Position numbers and translations under genes: made by a program | Shown here: one piece after another, positions 31,101 to 37,995 of the stretch | Layout of the letters: each line of letters starts with the position of its first letter | Numbering within the stretch: the stretch's first letter is position 1 | NCBI GenBank assembly: GCA_945859975.1 | Contig: CAMAPH010000028.1 | Location: 1 to 37,995 of the forward strand | Source: Chthonomonas calidirosea | GTDB taxonomy: Bacteria > Armatimonadota > Fimbriimonadia > Fimbriimonadales > Fimbriimonadaceae | Length of the DNA stretch: 37,995 bases | Reading direction: 5' to 3' | Notes under the pieces: generated by a model | The model's input: only the letters and a program-made list of their open reading frames with translations | Told to the model about the DNA's origin: nothing | The model's database searches: none

Positions 31101-31745
31101 GACCGAGCGTTGACTGTTGGAATCGAACTGGCGGATGGATTCGACCTCGTCGCCGAAGAGCTCGATTCGGACGGGGTAGTCGCGACCGGTGGGGAAGACG
31201 TCGATGATGCCTCCGCGGTGGGAGAACTGTCCGGGAATGCGGACGGGGTCGCTGGCTTCGTAGCCGAGGGAGGAAAGCTGGGCCAGGAACTGGTCGCGGT
31301 CGATGGTTTGACCGGTTTTGACCTCTATGAACGCGGCCATCAAGACATCGCGCGGGAGCGTGCGTTCTAGCGCGGCCTGCGGGGAGGTGATGATGATGTT
31401 CGGATGGTCTTCGACGAGGGCGCGGAGGCTGCCTAGGCGGTCGGAGAGGGAAATATGCTCGGGCGCGGAGTCTTCGAAGAGGGCGCTGGTGCCGCTCGGC
31501 AGCTGGTGGATCACGCCGGGGCTGATGCCGCACATTTGGAGCTTGGCTTGCCAGGCGAGGGCGCGGTCGTAGCTGCCGGTGACGATCAGCGTTTTCTGCG
31601 GTTGCTCCAAATAACGGGCCGCAATGTAGAAGGGTCGGGCCTCGGGGGCGATGCTTTGCCAAACCGCAGACGCAGTGCTGGCACGAAAAAGCTCGCTTAC
31701 CGCGGGCAGTTCGGCAAATCTCTTCGCCCATTCAGCCGTACGCAC
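28152..31745 (-). CDS. mfd: Transcription-repair coupling factor
   Basis: UvrB-homology region (GQFSHRGGIIDVFP), RID (GDYVVHINFGIG), MDRLVCGDVGFGKTEVA, IIDEEQKFGV, SATPIPRTL, QLRGRVGRS, DLQIRGAGELLG, TRCF domain (EDRYG). Confidence 0.98.
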   Translation of the reverse strand: MRTAEWAKRFAELPAVSELFRASTASAVWQSIAPEARPFYIAARYLEQPQKTLIVTGSYDRALAWQAKLQMCGISPGVIHQLPSGTSALFEDSAPEHISLSDRLGSLRALVEDHPNIIITSPQAALERTLPRDVLMAAFIEVKTGQTIDRDQFLAQLSSLGYEASDPVRIPGQFSHRGGIIDVFPTGRDYPVRIELFGDEVESIRQFDSNSQRSVGNIPAISLAPSRETLYFGHVEDMTDWLSTSAEREATLLDDEAAELLKTRISADIAALAQRSYFDRIDLYRPILHPDSGCAVDLLGDEDCLILDEPVEIDAIAVRAEDELDQGLKARAKRGEILHSPMSDFGLPPEKLAGHANTLALTSMNDLPEWVNPSTSIDVGAVSLDSYRGRPDALAATLRNYGTQGFTVLFTTDQPMRAKAVLGQADIHPFEVAEKGVPGTYLSHGNLGGGFVLPNDKFALVSDAELFGVARLKLPQKRFMEGSPIATVLDLKPGDYVVHINFGIGVFRGLVKRTVEGVEKEFLFVEYQAPDKLFVPTDQLDRIQKYLNPSDTEPKLNRLSGGEWQRTLGKAKEEAKAFARDLVKLYAQRTRVQRRSYGPDTPFQYEMESTFPWVETPSQLKAIKEAKEDMERGYPMDRLVCGDVGFGKTEVAIRAAFKAVQGNRQVAVLCPTTILSEQHFRNFQERLGSFGTRLALINRFTTTTEKKDICKRLEAGEVEIIVGTHSLLGAGIGFKDLGLTIIDEEQKFGVKQKEMLKQLRSEVDVLTLSATPIPRTLSMALMDIRSMSLINDPPPGRLPIRTYVRSYAGEVIREAILRELARGGQVFYVYNRVESIMHVYEKLRKLVPTARIGVGHGQMNEKELEPIMVGFIRGEIDILLSTTIVENGIDISNANTLIVEGADKLGLSQLYQLRGRVGRSDRQAYAYFLYSGTMDLSFIDQGPRQDSATDLKRKHKTVSEGAMARLQALQEFSSLGSGYSLAFRDLQIRGAGELLGAKQSGTMVTVGYELYTQLINEAVTQLKNSVDGTRTGDSDEVRDPLANLEPLPMFEVPVVAMLPESYIRDQAQRLYYYQRIMSVRDPATLGAVQAEVEDRYGRPLPEVRHAFRVMELRLRARDLSIEKLDARQAKLTIKFAADVSHGPRVFSLAQKKNRDCHTGAGGLVWPYQGNPLNAIENFMNILTDSIAAVDAARMSLS

Positions 31746-31790
31746 TTGTAAGAGGATACCGGGCTATACTCCTATCAGGTTCAAAACCCT

Positions 31791-32369
31791 ATGCCAAAGC
31801 GCGTCGAAACCATCGTTCTTCACGATACAAGCACTCCCGTTTTGGGCGATACCCAGAAGGGTGGCAACATCATTCTCACTTCGGCAGAGACGCTGATCAA
31901 CCAAGCGCGCGCCAATTCTCTGTGGCCGCTGACTTTTGGTCTCGCTTGCTGCGCCATCGAAATGATGTCGAGCGCGGGTTCGCGGTTCGACTTGTCTCGG
32001 TTTGGCAGTGAAGCTTTCCGAGCGACGCCACGACAGGCGGACGTGATGATCATCGCGGGTCGCGTTTCGAAGAAGATGGCCCCGGTTTTGCGACAGATTT
32101 ATGACCAAATGCCCGAGCCTAAGTGGGTGATTTCGATGGGCGCTTGCGCTTCTTCTGGCGGCGTTTATAACAACTACGCGATTGTTCAGGGCGCGGACCA
32201 GGTTGTTCCGGTTGACGTTTACGTTCCAGGCTGCCCGCCATCGCCAGATGCGCTGATCTACGGCATTTTGAAGCTTCAGGAGAAGATCAAGCGCGGACGG
32301 TCGAAGTCGTTTAAGGATCTCAAGCTGATTGAGGTCAATGCTCGAACGCTGGAAACGGTGGAAGCTTAA
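31791..32369 (+). CDS. nuoB: NADH-quinone oxidoreductase subunit B
   Basis: [56 protein letters not shown]. Confidence 0.97.
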   Translation: MPKRVETIVLHDTSTPVLGDTQKGGNIILTSAETLINQARANSLWPLTFGLACCAIEMMSSAGSRFDLSRFGSEAFRATPRQADVMIIAGRVSKKMAPVLRQIYDQMPEPKWVISMGACASSGGVYNNYAIVQGADQVVPVDVYVPGCPPSPDALIYGILKLQEKIKRGRSKSFKDLKLIEVNARTLETVEA

Positions 32370-32818
32370 TGGACCTGCTCAAGTCGGTCGTTAAGCCGAT
32401 GCTCGCGGGCCTTGGCATCACGCGAGAGCGCTTGAAGCGGGACAAGATCACGTTTATGTATCCCGAGGAAGTTCGGGAACAGCACCCACGAACGCGCTGG
32501 CGACACGTTTTGACGCGGTACGAGAGCGGTTTGGAGCGATGCATTGGTTGTTCGCTCTGCGCCGGTGCTTGTCCGGCGCGTTGCATCTACGTTCAGGCGG
32601 ATGAGAACACGGACGACGCGCGATTCTCGCCGGGCGAGCGGTATGCGGTTCGGTATGAGATCAACATGCTCCGCTGCATCTTCTGCGGCTACTGCCAAGA
32701 GGCTTGTCCGACGGGCGCGATTGTGCTTCGTAAAGACTTCGAGCTCGCGAATTATCACCGAGAGCAGTTCGTGTATACGAAAGAAATGCTCTTGGAACCG
32801 ATGCCGATCCAGAAGTAG
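32369..32818 (+). CDS. nuoI: NADH-quinone oxidoreductase subunit I
   Basis: YPEE, ERCIGCSLCAGACP and RCIFCGYCQEACPTGAI (two 4Fe-4S motifs), YTKEMLL; TAATG overlap with nuoB. Confidence 0.97.
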   Translation: MDLLKSVVKPMLAGLGITRERLKRDKITFMYPEEVREQHPRTRWRHVLTRYESGLERCIGCSLCAGACPARCIYVQADENTDDARFSPGERYAVRYEINMLRCIFCGYCQEACPTGAIVLRKDFELANYHREQFVYTKEMLLEPMPIQK

Positions 32819-32830
32819 GATCTTCTTTGT

Positions 32831-32870
32831 ATGCCGCCGTTCTCTGTTTTTGAGGACGGCGGCATTTTTA
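32831..32870 (+). terminator. Intrinsic terminator after nuoI
   Basis: atgccgccgttctc (32831-32844) / gaggacggcggcat (32852-32865) followed by a T-run. Confidence 0.8.
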
Positions 32871-32940
32871 TTGGAACGATTCTTGTTCTCTTTCCCTTAC
32901 CGTTTTCGGATGCTCCGGCCGGGACACCAATGGAAAGAAA

Positions 32941-33849
32941 ATGAAGAACTCATCTACTTGGATGTTCGTCCTTGGGCTTGCCGCGCTTACCGCTGCATCC
33001 AACGCACAGTTTGAAACGCGAGTTGTGGCGAAAGGGCTCAACCGACCGACTGGTCTTACCGTGATGGGCTACGGCACCTTCACCTCGCTTGTCTATTCTC
33101 AGGTTCCGACGCCAGGAGTTTCTGGTGGGGCGGGTGGAACCAACGGCATCTTTAAGTTGGACCTCTGGAACAACCGAAAGTGGACGATTAACATGGGTGA
33201 GCCAGAGCCTTTGAATCTCACAGCAACTTCGGATGGTTCCATCTACTGGACTTGCCGATCTGCGGGCGTAATCTTGAAGCGAAACAAAGCTGGCATGATT
33301 GCTCCGCTTCTGACTGGCTTGGCGAAGCCGACGGGGATCACCGCTTTGGCAAACGGAGACATTGCGTTTACGCAGGTTCCAACTCCGGGCGTTAATGGCG
33401 GAAACGGCGGCATGAACACGGTTGACCTGTTCACCGGCGGTTCGGTCATGAACCTGACCATGGGAGAGCCAGAACCTACGGACATCGTTGCTAGTCGAAG
33501 CGGCGACCTTTACTGGACCTGCAAATCTGCGGGCGTCATTCTTCACCGAAATCCAGCCGGAATGGTGGAAGTCGTTCTTCGCGGGCTCAACAAGCCAACG
33601 GGAATTGCGATCAACAAATCGGGCTCGACGATCTACTTCACCGAGGTTCCAACTCCAGGTTTCTCTAGCCGAATGGGTGGCGGGAATTTCGTTTGGGAAT
33701 ACAACCTCGCTCGGGGAACGCGAACCATTGTCAGCTACGGCGATAGTGAGCCGACCGATGTTGCGGTTACGCTTGACGGACGAATCTTCTGGACCAACTC
33801 TGCGTCGGGAGAGATTCTCGAGGCGCGAAGGACTCCGTTCGGGATCTGA
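32941..33849 (+). CDS. Secreted six-bladed beta-propeller-like protein built from three ~90-aa repeats (NHL/YWTD-like)
   Basis: Signal peptide (..TAASNA-Q); GLx(R/K)PTG..(Q/E)VPTPG..G(E/D)xEP..(Y/F)WTxxxxGxIL repeated three times. Confidence 0.8.
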   Translation: MKNSSTWMFVLGLAALTAASNAQFETRVVAKGLNRPTGLTVMGYGTFTSLVYSQVPTPGVSGGAGGTNGIFKLDLWNNRKWTINMGEPEPLNLTATSDGSIYWTCRSAGVILKRNKAGMIAPLLTGLAKPTGITALANGDIAFTQVPTPGVNGGNGGMNTVDLFTGGSVMNLTMGEPEPTDIVASRSGDLYWTCKSAGVILHRNPAGMVEVVLRGLNKPTGIAINKSGSTIYFTEVPTPGFSSRMGGGNFVWEYNLARGTRTIVSYGDSEPTDVAVTLDGRIFWTNSASGEILEARRTPFGI

Positions 33850-33890
33850 TTATTTGCTCGCCCCCACTTTTATGTGGGGGCAAAACTACG

Positions 33891-34406
33891 ATGTTTAACT
33901 TCTTCCGGCCTAACTTCGAGACTTCGGTGCGCAGGGAATTGCCCATGCTGTACCGGGTTGCGCGAAGACTTACTTCAAGCGCCGAAGATGCGGAGGATTT
34001 GGTGAGTCAAACGCTCGTTTCGGCATACAGGGGTTGGCACACCTTTGACGGCAAGTACCTTCGAAGTTGGCTCGTAAGGATTCTCCGGAACGAGCGCGGG
34101 GCGCTTTCTAGTGAAAAGAACTTGATGGCGGAAATTGAGGATTTGGCCGAGCATCCAGATGACTACACCACTTGGGACCAGGTTGCGGCCAAATTTGAGT
34201 CGGAAGACATTCGGAGAGAGATTGACTTGTTGCCTTTACACTTTAAGCTTCCGGTCCTGCTTTGTGATGTGGAGCAGTTGAGCTATGAAGAGGCGAGCCA
34301 AGCCCTGGATATTCCGATTGGCACGGTTCGATCAAGGCTTAATCGAGGAAGAAATCAGTTGAAGCGAAAGCTGTTTCATTGGACAAGAGAGGAAATTCGA
34401 CCATGA
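33891..34406 (+). CDS. ECF RNA polymerase sigma factor
   Basis: LYRVARRLT..DAEDLVSQT..LRSWLVRILRN (region 2) and LSYEEASQALDIPIGTVRSRLNRGR (region 4). Confidence 0.93.
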   Translation: MFNFFRPNFETSVRRELPMLYRVARRLTSSAEDAEDLVSQTLVSAYRGWHTFDGKYLRSWLVRILRNERGALSSEKNLMAEIEDLAEHPDDYTTWDQVAAKFESEDIRREIDLLPLHFKLPVLLCDVEQLSYEEASQALDIPIGTVRSRLNRGRNQLKRKLFHWTREEIRP

Positions 34407-35083
34407 GAATCGATTGGGATGCGTACGAAAGAAACTTGCTGCCCGCCGCTGAAATGGCCGAGGTGATGAAAGCCCTAAAGCGTGATGCAGATTTACGGGC
34501 TCAGTACCACGCGTTTCAGAACTTTAAGTTGAATGTTCGGTCAAGCGTTAAGTCGGAGTCGGTTCCGCTTGATCAGCTTCGGCAGGAGCTTCGGGTGGTT
34601 GCGAATCAATCGCGAATTCGGCCAGCTTATGGTAGGTGGGTCACGGTAGGAGTCGCGGGCTCGGCGCTGCTGGTCGCGCTGGTGGCTCGTCAGCAGTTCG
34701 ACAGCGATCCTTTGCGGTTAGCGAAGACACCAGAAATTGATCAAGTGTCTCCAATAAACGAAAGCGAGGGATGGAAGTGGATTCAAAAGGAACAAGGTTA
34801 TGCTGGCGTTTCACCCATTCAGTTCAAGAATCCGAACTTGAAGTTTTCCCTTGTTCGTAAAGGAGAAGATTGGGCGTGCATGGATTACATCCTTGACGGT
34901 TATCCGATTCGACTTTACATGAAGAAGGATGAATCTGCTCTGCGGAATGTAGCGTTCCAAAGTGTCGGCAATCGGTATGTCTTTGCCGGAAATGGAATTG
35001 GCTGGCGCTCTGGCAGTTTTGTCTTTTCGATGCAGGGTGCTTCTAACGAGAAGTTGCTCAGCTTGGTGCGCCAGGCTAGTTAA
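34403..35083 (+). CDS. Putative transmembrane anti-sigma factor
   Basis: ATGA overlap with sigma stop, GAGAGG SD; helical N-terminal ASD-like region, single TM (WVTVGVAGSALLVALV), extracytoplasmic C-terminal domain. Confidence 0.75.
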   Translation: MRIDWDAYERNLLPAAEMAEVMKALKRDADLRAQYHAFQNFKLNVRSSVKSESVPLDQLRQELRVVANQSRIRPAYGRWVTVGVAGSALLVALVARQQFDSDPLRLAKTPEIDQVSPINESEGWKWIQKEQGYAGVSPIQFKNPNLKFSLVRKGEDWACMDYILDGYPIRLYMKKDESALRNVAFQSVGNRYVFAGNGIGWRSGSFVFSMQGASNEKLLSLVRQAS

Positions 35084-35093
35084 ACCTGGCGCA
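35067..35093. terminator. Hairpin between convergent anti-sigma and rsfS genes
   Basis: tgcgccagg (35067-35075) / cctggcgca (35085-35093); no strong U-tract. Confidence 0.4.
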
Positions 35094-35104
35094 GATTGCG
35101 TTGT

Positions 35105-35446
35105 TTAGCTCAGGTTCGGATCGGTCTGGGTGTTCTTCCAGAGGGTTTCCAGATCGTAGAACTGGCGCTGCTCTTCTCGCATGATGTGGAGCACGATGTC
35201 GCCGTAATCGTGGAGGATCCAGCCGGAGCGCTCGCCTTCGATGCGTAAAGGTTTAACGCCCTTGACGGCCATTTTCTCTTCGACGCGCTCGGCGATACTT
35301 TGTACGTGGCGGTCGCTGGTTCCGGTGCAGACGACAAAGTAGTCCGCAATGGAGGTTTTGAGGCGCACGTCGAGTTGTTCGATGTTTTCCGCTTTCAGGT
35401 CATCAGCCGCGTCGGCAATTAGGTTCAGTTTTTCTTCAATGGTCAT
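35105..35446 (-). CDS. rsfS: Ribosome silencing factor
   Basis: DLKAENI..LDV..IADYFVVCTGTSDRHV, WILHDYGDIVLHIM..RQFYDLETLW. Confidence 0.96.
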   Translation of the reverse strand: MTIEEKLNLIADAADDLKAENIEQLDVRLKTSIADYFVVCTGTSDRHVQSIAERVEEKMAVKGVKPLRIEGERSGWILHDYGDIVLHIMREEQRQFYDLETLWKNTQTDPNLS

Positions 35447-35451
35447 GCAGT

Positions 35452-36045
35452 TCAGGAGTCGGTGTAAAGCCGCTTTTCTTGGATATACCGCAGAACTTCC
35501 GGCGTGACCAAATCGGTCACGGGTTTTCGGCGGGCAATCCGGTCTCGGATCTCGGTCGAGGAGACTTCCATAGGGTCCATTTGGACAAAGTCACATTTGT
35601 CTTGAAACACTTCTGGCACCATGGTCAGAGCGTTTTCTTGGGTGATTGGGGGTCGGAGGACGATGGCCAGCCGGCACATTTTGGCGAGGCGGGGAACCCC
35701 TTTCCACTCGCCGATGGTGGCAAGGCCGTCGGTGCCCATGATGAACCAGAACTCGGCTTGGCGGATCATGCTGAGTTCGCCGAGGGTGTCCACGGTGTAG
35801 CTCATTCCTCCCCGGGTGATCTCCATGTCGCTGAGGCTCAGGCTCTCGTGCTTCGAGATCATCGTTTGCACCATGGCGAGTCGGTGTTCGGAGCTCGCGG
35901 AGCTGCGGCGTTGCTTGAGCGGATTTTGGTTCGCCGGGAGCAACAGCACTTCGTCCAGATCCAACGCGGCCTGGACGGTAAGGGCGATCTTGAGGTGACC
36001 CGTGTGCGGCGGGTCGAAGGTTCCGCCAAGAATTCCAATCTTCAT
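35452..36045 (-). CDS. nadD: Nicotinate-nucleotide adenylyltransferase
   Basis: IGILGGTFDPPHTGH, SYTVDTL, FIMGTD, VSSTEIR, YIQEKRLY. Confidence 0.95.
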   Translation of the reverse strand: MKIGILGGTFDPPHTGHLKIALTVQAALDLDEVLLLPANQNPLKQRRSSASSEHRLAMVQTMISKHESLSLSDMEITRGGMSYTVDTLGELSMIRQAEFWFIMGTDGLATIGEWKGVPRLAKMCRLAIVLRPPITQENALTMVPEVFQDKCDFVQMDPMEVSSTEIRDRIARRKPVTDLVTPEVLRYIQEKRLYTDS

Positions 36046-37310
36046 GATTCATCCGTGAAGGCGAAGGTGAGTTCGCCAATGGTCACCTCGTCGCCCTCCT
36101 CGGCTCCGAGTTCGCGTAGTTTGTCGATGACGCCAACGCGCTCAAGGCGTCGGTGGAGGTACCGGACCGCTTCGTCGTTGGTGAGTTCGGTCATTTCGAC
36201 CATACGGGCAATGCGCTTGCCGATGATCTTGTAGCCACCACCTTCTTCTGGAACAACGTCCCAGAACTGGTCGGTAGCGGCTTGGAGGTCTGGCGTGAGG
36301 ATGACCGGGGCGTCGAGTGGTTCGGCGGCCTTGAGGGCTTCAAGCATGGCGTCTAGGAGCCGCTCGGTGCCTTCGCCGGTTGCACCGGAGATTGCGATCA
36401 ACGGGATATCTAGGTCCTCGAATTGTTGGCGCATTTCGTTGAACTCGCCGGCTGGCACGATATCCAGCTTGTTCATCGCGATGATTCGTGGGCGCGACCA
36501 GATGTCTTCGCTGTACCGACGCAGTTCGGTTTCGATCAGGTCAAAGTTCTTTCGCGGGTTTGATCCGTCGACGGGGAAGGTGTCGACGACGTGAACCAAG
36601 ACTCGGCAACGCTCAACGTGCCGCAGGAACTGGTGACCGAGGCCGATGCCGTCGCTGGCACCTTCGATCAACCCGGGCATGTCGGCGATGACAAAGCTCT
36701 CGTCTCTGAATCGGACAACGCCGAGGTTCGGGATGATGGTGGTGAATGGGTAGTCGGCGATCTTCGGTCTTGCGGCCGAGAGTCGTGAGATCAGGGTGCT
36801 CTTTCCGGCGTTTGGCAAGCCGACCAGCGCAACGTCGGCGAGCATTTTGAGCTCGAGCTTTGCGAGAATTCGCTCGCCGGGGGCGCCTTTCTGGGCGAAG
36901 TTCGGGGCCTGGCGGACGGAGGAGGTGTAGTGCATGTTGCCCTTTCCACCTTTTCCGCCTTTGCAGATGACGTAGCGCATGCCGTGCGTCGCCATGTCGA
37001 TGAGGGGGTCGCCGGTCTCAGAGTCAACGATTACGGTGCCCACGGGCACTTTAACTTCGATATCTTTGGCGTCACGCCCCCGCTTGTTGCCCATGCCGTG
37101 ATCGGCAGATTGGGCGACAATTTTTTGGGCAAGTTGTAGGTCGTATAGAGTTCGCTTGCCGCGTTCGGAAACCAGAATAATACTTCCGCCCCGTCCGCCG
37201 TCGGCACCGTTTGGTCCGCCTCGGGGAACGTGCTTTTCGCGGTGGAAACTCACGGCTCCCGATCCGCCACGCCCGGAGATGAACTCTACGATGGCTTCAT
37301 CGAGAAACAT
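36042..37310 (-). CDS. obgE: GTPase ObgE/CgtA with C-terminal OCT (DUF1967) domain
   Basis: SFHREKHVPRGGPNGADGGRGG, VGLPNAGKST, YPFTT, DMPGLIEGA, NKLD, GAEEGDEVTIG. Confidence 0.98.
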   Translation of the reverse strand: MFLDEAIVEFISGRGGSGAVSFHREKHVPRGGPNGADGGRGGSIILVSERGKRTLYDLQLAQKIVAQSADHGMGNKRGRDAKDIEVKVPVGTVIVDSETGDPLIDMATHGMRYVICKGGKGGKGNMHYTSSVRQAPNFAQKGAPGERILAKLELKMLADVALVGLPNAGKSTLISRLSAARPKIADYPFTTIIPNLGVVRFRDESFVIADMPGLIEGASDGIGLGHQFLRHVERCRVLVHVVDTFPVDGSNPRKNFDLIETELRRYSEDIWSRPRIIAMNKLDIVPAGEFNEMRQQFEDLDIPLIAISGATGEGTERLLDAMLEALKAAEPLDAPVILTPDLQAATDQFWDVVPEEGGGYKIIGKRIARMVEMTELTNDEAVRYLHRRLERVGVIDKLRELGAEEGDEVTIGELTFAFTDES

Positions 37311-37314
37311 TTCT

Positions 37315-37995
37315 TCAGTGTATCGTGCTTGGACCCTCTTTCATTCGGGACAGAAGCGCTTTGAGTTCGGCACGGGCTGGTTTTCCGGTGCGAGTTTTGG
37401 GGATTTCCCGGACGGAGATTTGTCTTTTCGGGAGCCAGGCCGGGTGCGGCGGATTGAGATTAGAAAGGTCAAAGGGGGCATCGCCTTCAACGAATAGGAC
37501 CAATCGTTCGCCCCAAGAAGGGTCAGGTTCTGAGGTCAAGGCGAAGTTTTGGTTCGGGAATTCGGTGGCTAGCCAGGCTTCAACTTGCTCGGGGTGAATT
37601 TTAACCCCGCCGGAATTGATCACGAGATCTGCGCGGCCGAGCCAAATGAATTCGTTTGATCCGGTGAGTTGGATGATGTCTTGGGTGAACAGGGGCTGCT
37701 CATTGGCCCATGGACAATTGATGATCATGCGTCCCTGCTCGTCGGTGGCAACCTCCACACTTGGCAGGGCTTCGTACGCCGTGCTCACGTTGAGTTGGCG
37801 CAGAGCGAAATGCGAAAGAGTCTCCGTCATCGCGAAGGTGTGATAGATCGGATTCTGATGACCGGCGAGCCGTGCTTCTAAATCTGGATCGACCGGCCCG
37901 CCGCCGATGAGAAGGATTCCGGACGATGCCAGTCGATCGGGATCGTTCGCTTCTAGGGCGTGCAGTTGCCGGGGAACGAGGGCACAGAAGTCGAA
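37315..37995 (-). CDS. menE: o-succinylbenzoate--CoA ligase-like AMP-binding enzyme (5' end outside window)
   Basis: Frame is open to the window edge: FDFCALVPRQL..LLIGGG..HTFAMTETLSHFALR..LGRADLVINSGGVKIHPEQVE..WGERLV..PKTRTGK; menA also in window. Confidence 0.75.
   Translation of the reverse strand, partial: FDFCALVPRQLHALEANDPDRLASSGILLIGGGPVDPDLEARLAGHQNPIYHTFAMTETLSHFALRQLNVSTAYEALPSVEVATDEQGRMIINCPWANEQPLFTQDIIQLTGSNEFIWLGRADLVINSGGVKIHPEQVEAWLATEFPNQNFALTSEPDPSWGERLVLFVEGDAPFDLSNLNPPHPAWLPKRQISVREIPKTRTGKPARAELKALLSRMKEGPSTIH

Noticed and set aside
28242..31751. Long alternative-frame ORFs over mfd (e.g. 28242-29009, 30856-31731), and similar ones over menA, the MFS gene, nadD and the isomerase (57-1181)
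   Set aside because: Shadow ORFs expected from high-GC codon bias; Arg/Pro/Gly-rich, no motifs, fully overlapping well-supported genes
33100..33660. Repeated caggttcc(g/a)ac(g/t)cc sequence as a CRISPR or DNA repeat
   Set aside because: Copies are in frame, 270-273 nt apart and vary at synonymous positions, so they are protein repeats; no cas genes present

Overview
Bacterial chromosomal window, most likely from Armatimonadota (Fimbriimonas-like). That assignment is inferred from the [33 protein letters not shown] / H-X9-DG pilin-like protein and the general gene content; it was not checked by search. Most of the window is housekeeping: rpsB-tsf with an S2-leader RNA, aat, tsaB-murB, an amidase plus GerMN protein, tRNA-Val(TAC), a sugar ABC permease/SBP operon, a YyaL-like protein, menA, mfd, an isolated nuoB-nuoI pair, obgE-nadD-rsfS and a partial menE. 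I saw no integrase, transposase, CRISPR array or recognisable defence system. The best candidates for undescribed biology are: (1) a secreted three-repeat beta-propeller gene directly followed by an ECF sigma factor and a zinc-less anti-sigma (32941-35083); (2) a patch of unassigned genes (24458-28069) with an internally duplicated secreted protein and two paralogous microproteins, one missing from the ORF track, flanking a helical protein; (3) a DUF1559 pilin-like gene translationally coupled to a secreted propeller; (4) an orphan GAF-GAF histidine kinase with a non-canonical H-box; (5) a recurring YAnnnT box 6-8 nt upstream of start codons, suggesting widespread leaderless mRNAs and very compact bidirectional promoters. 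All functional calls come from motif recognition by eye.
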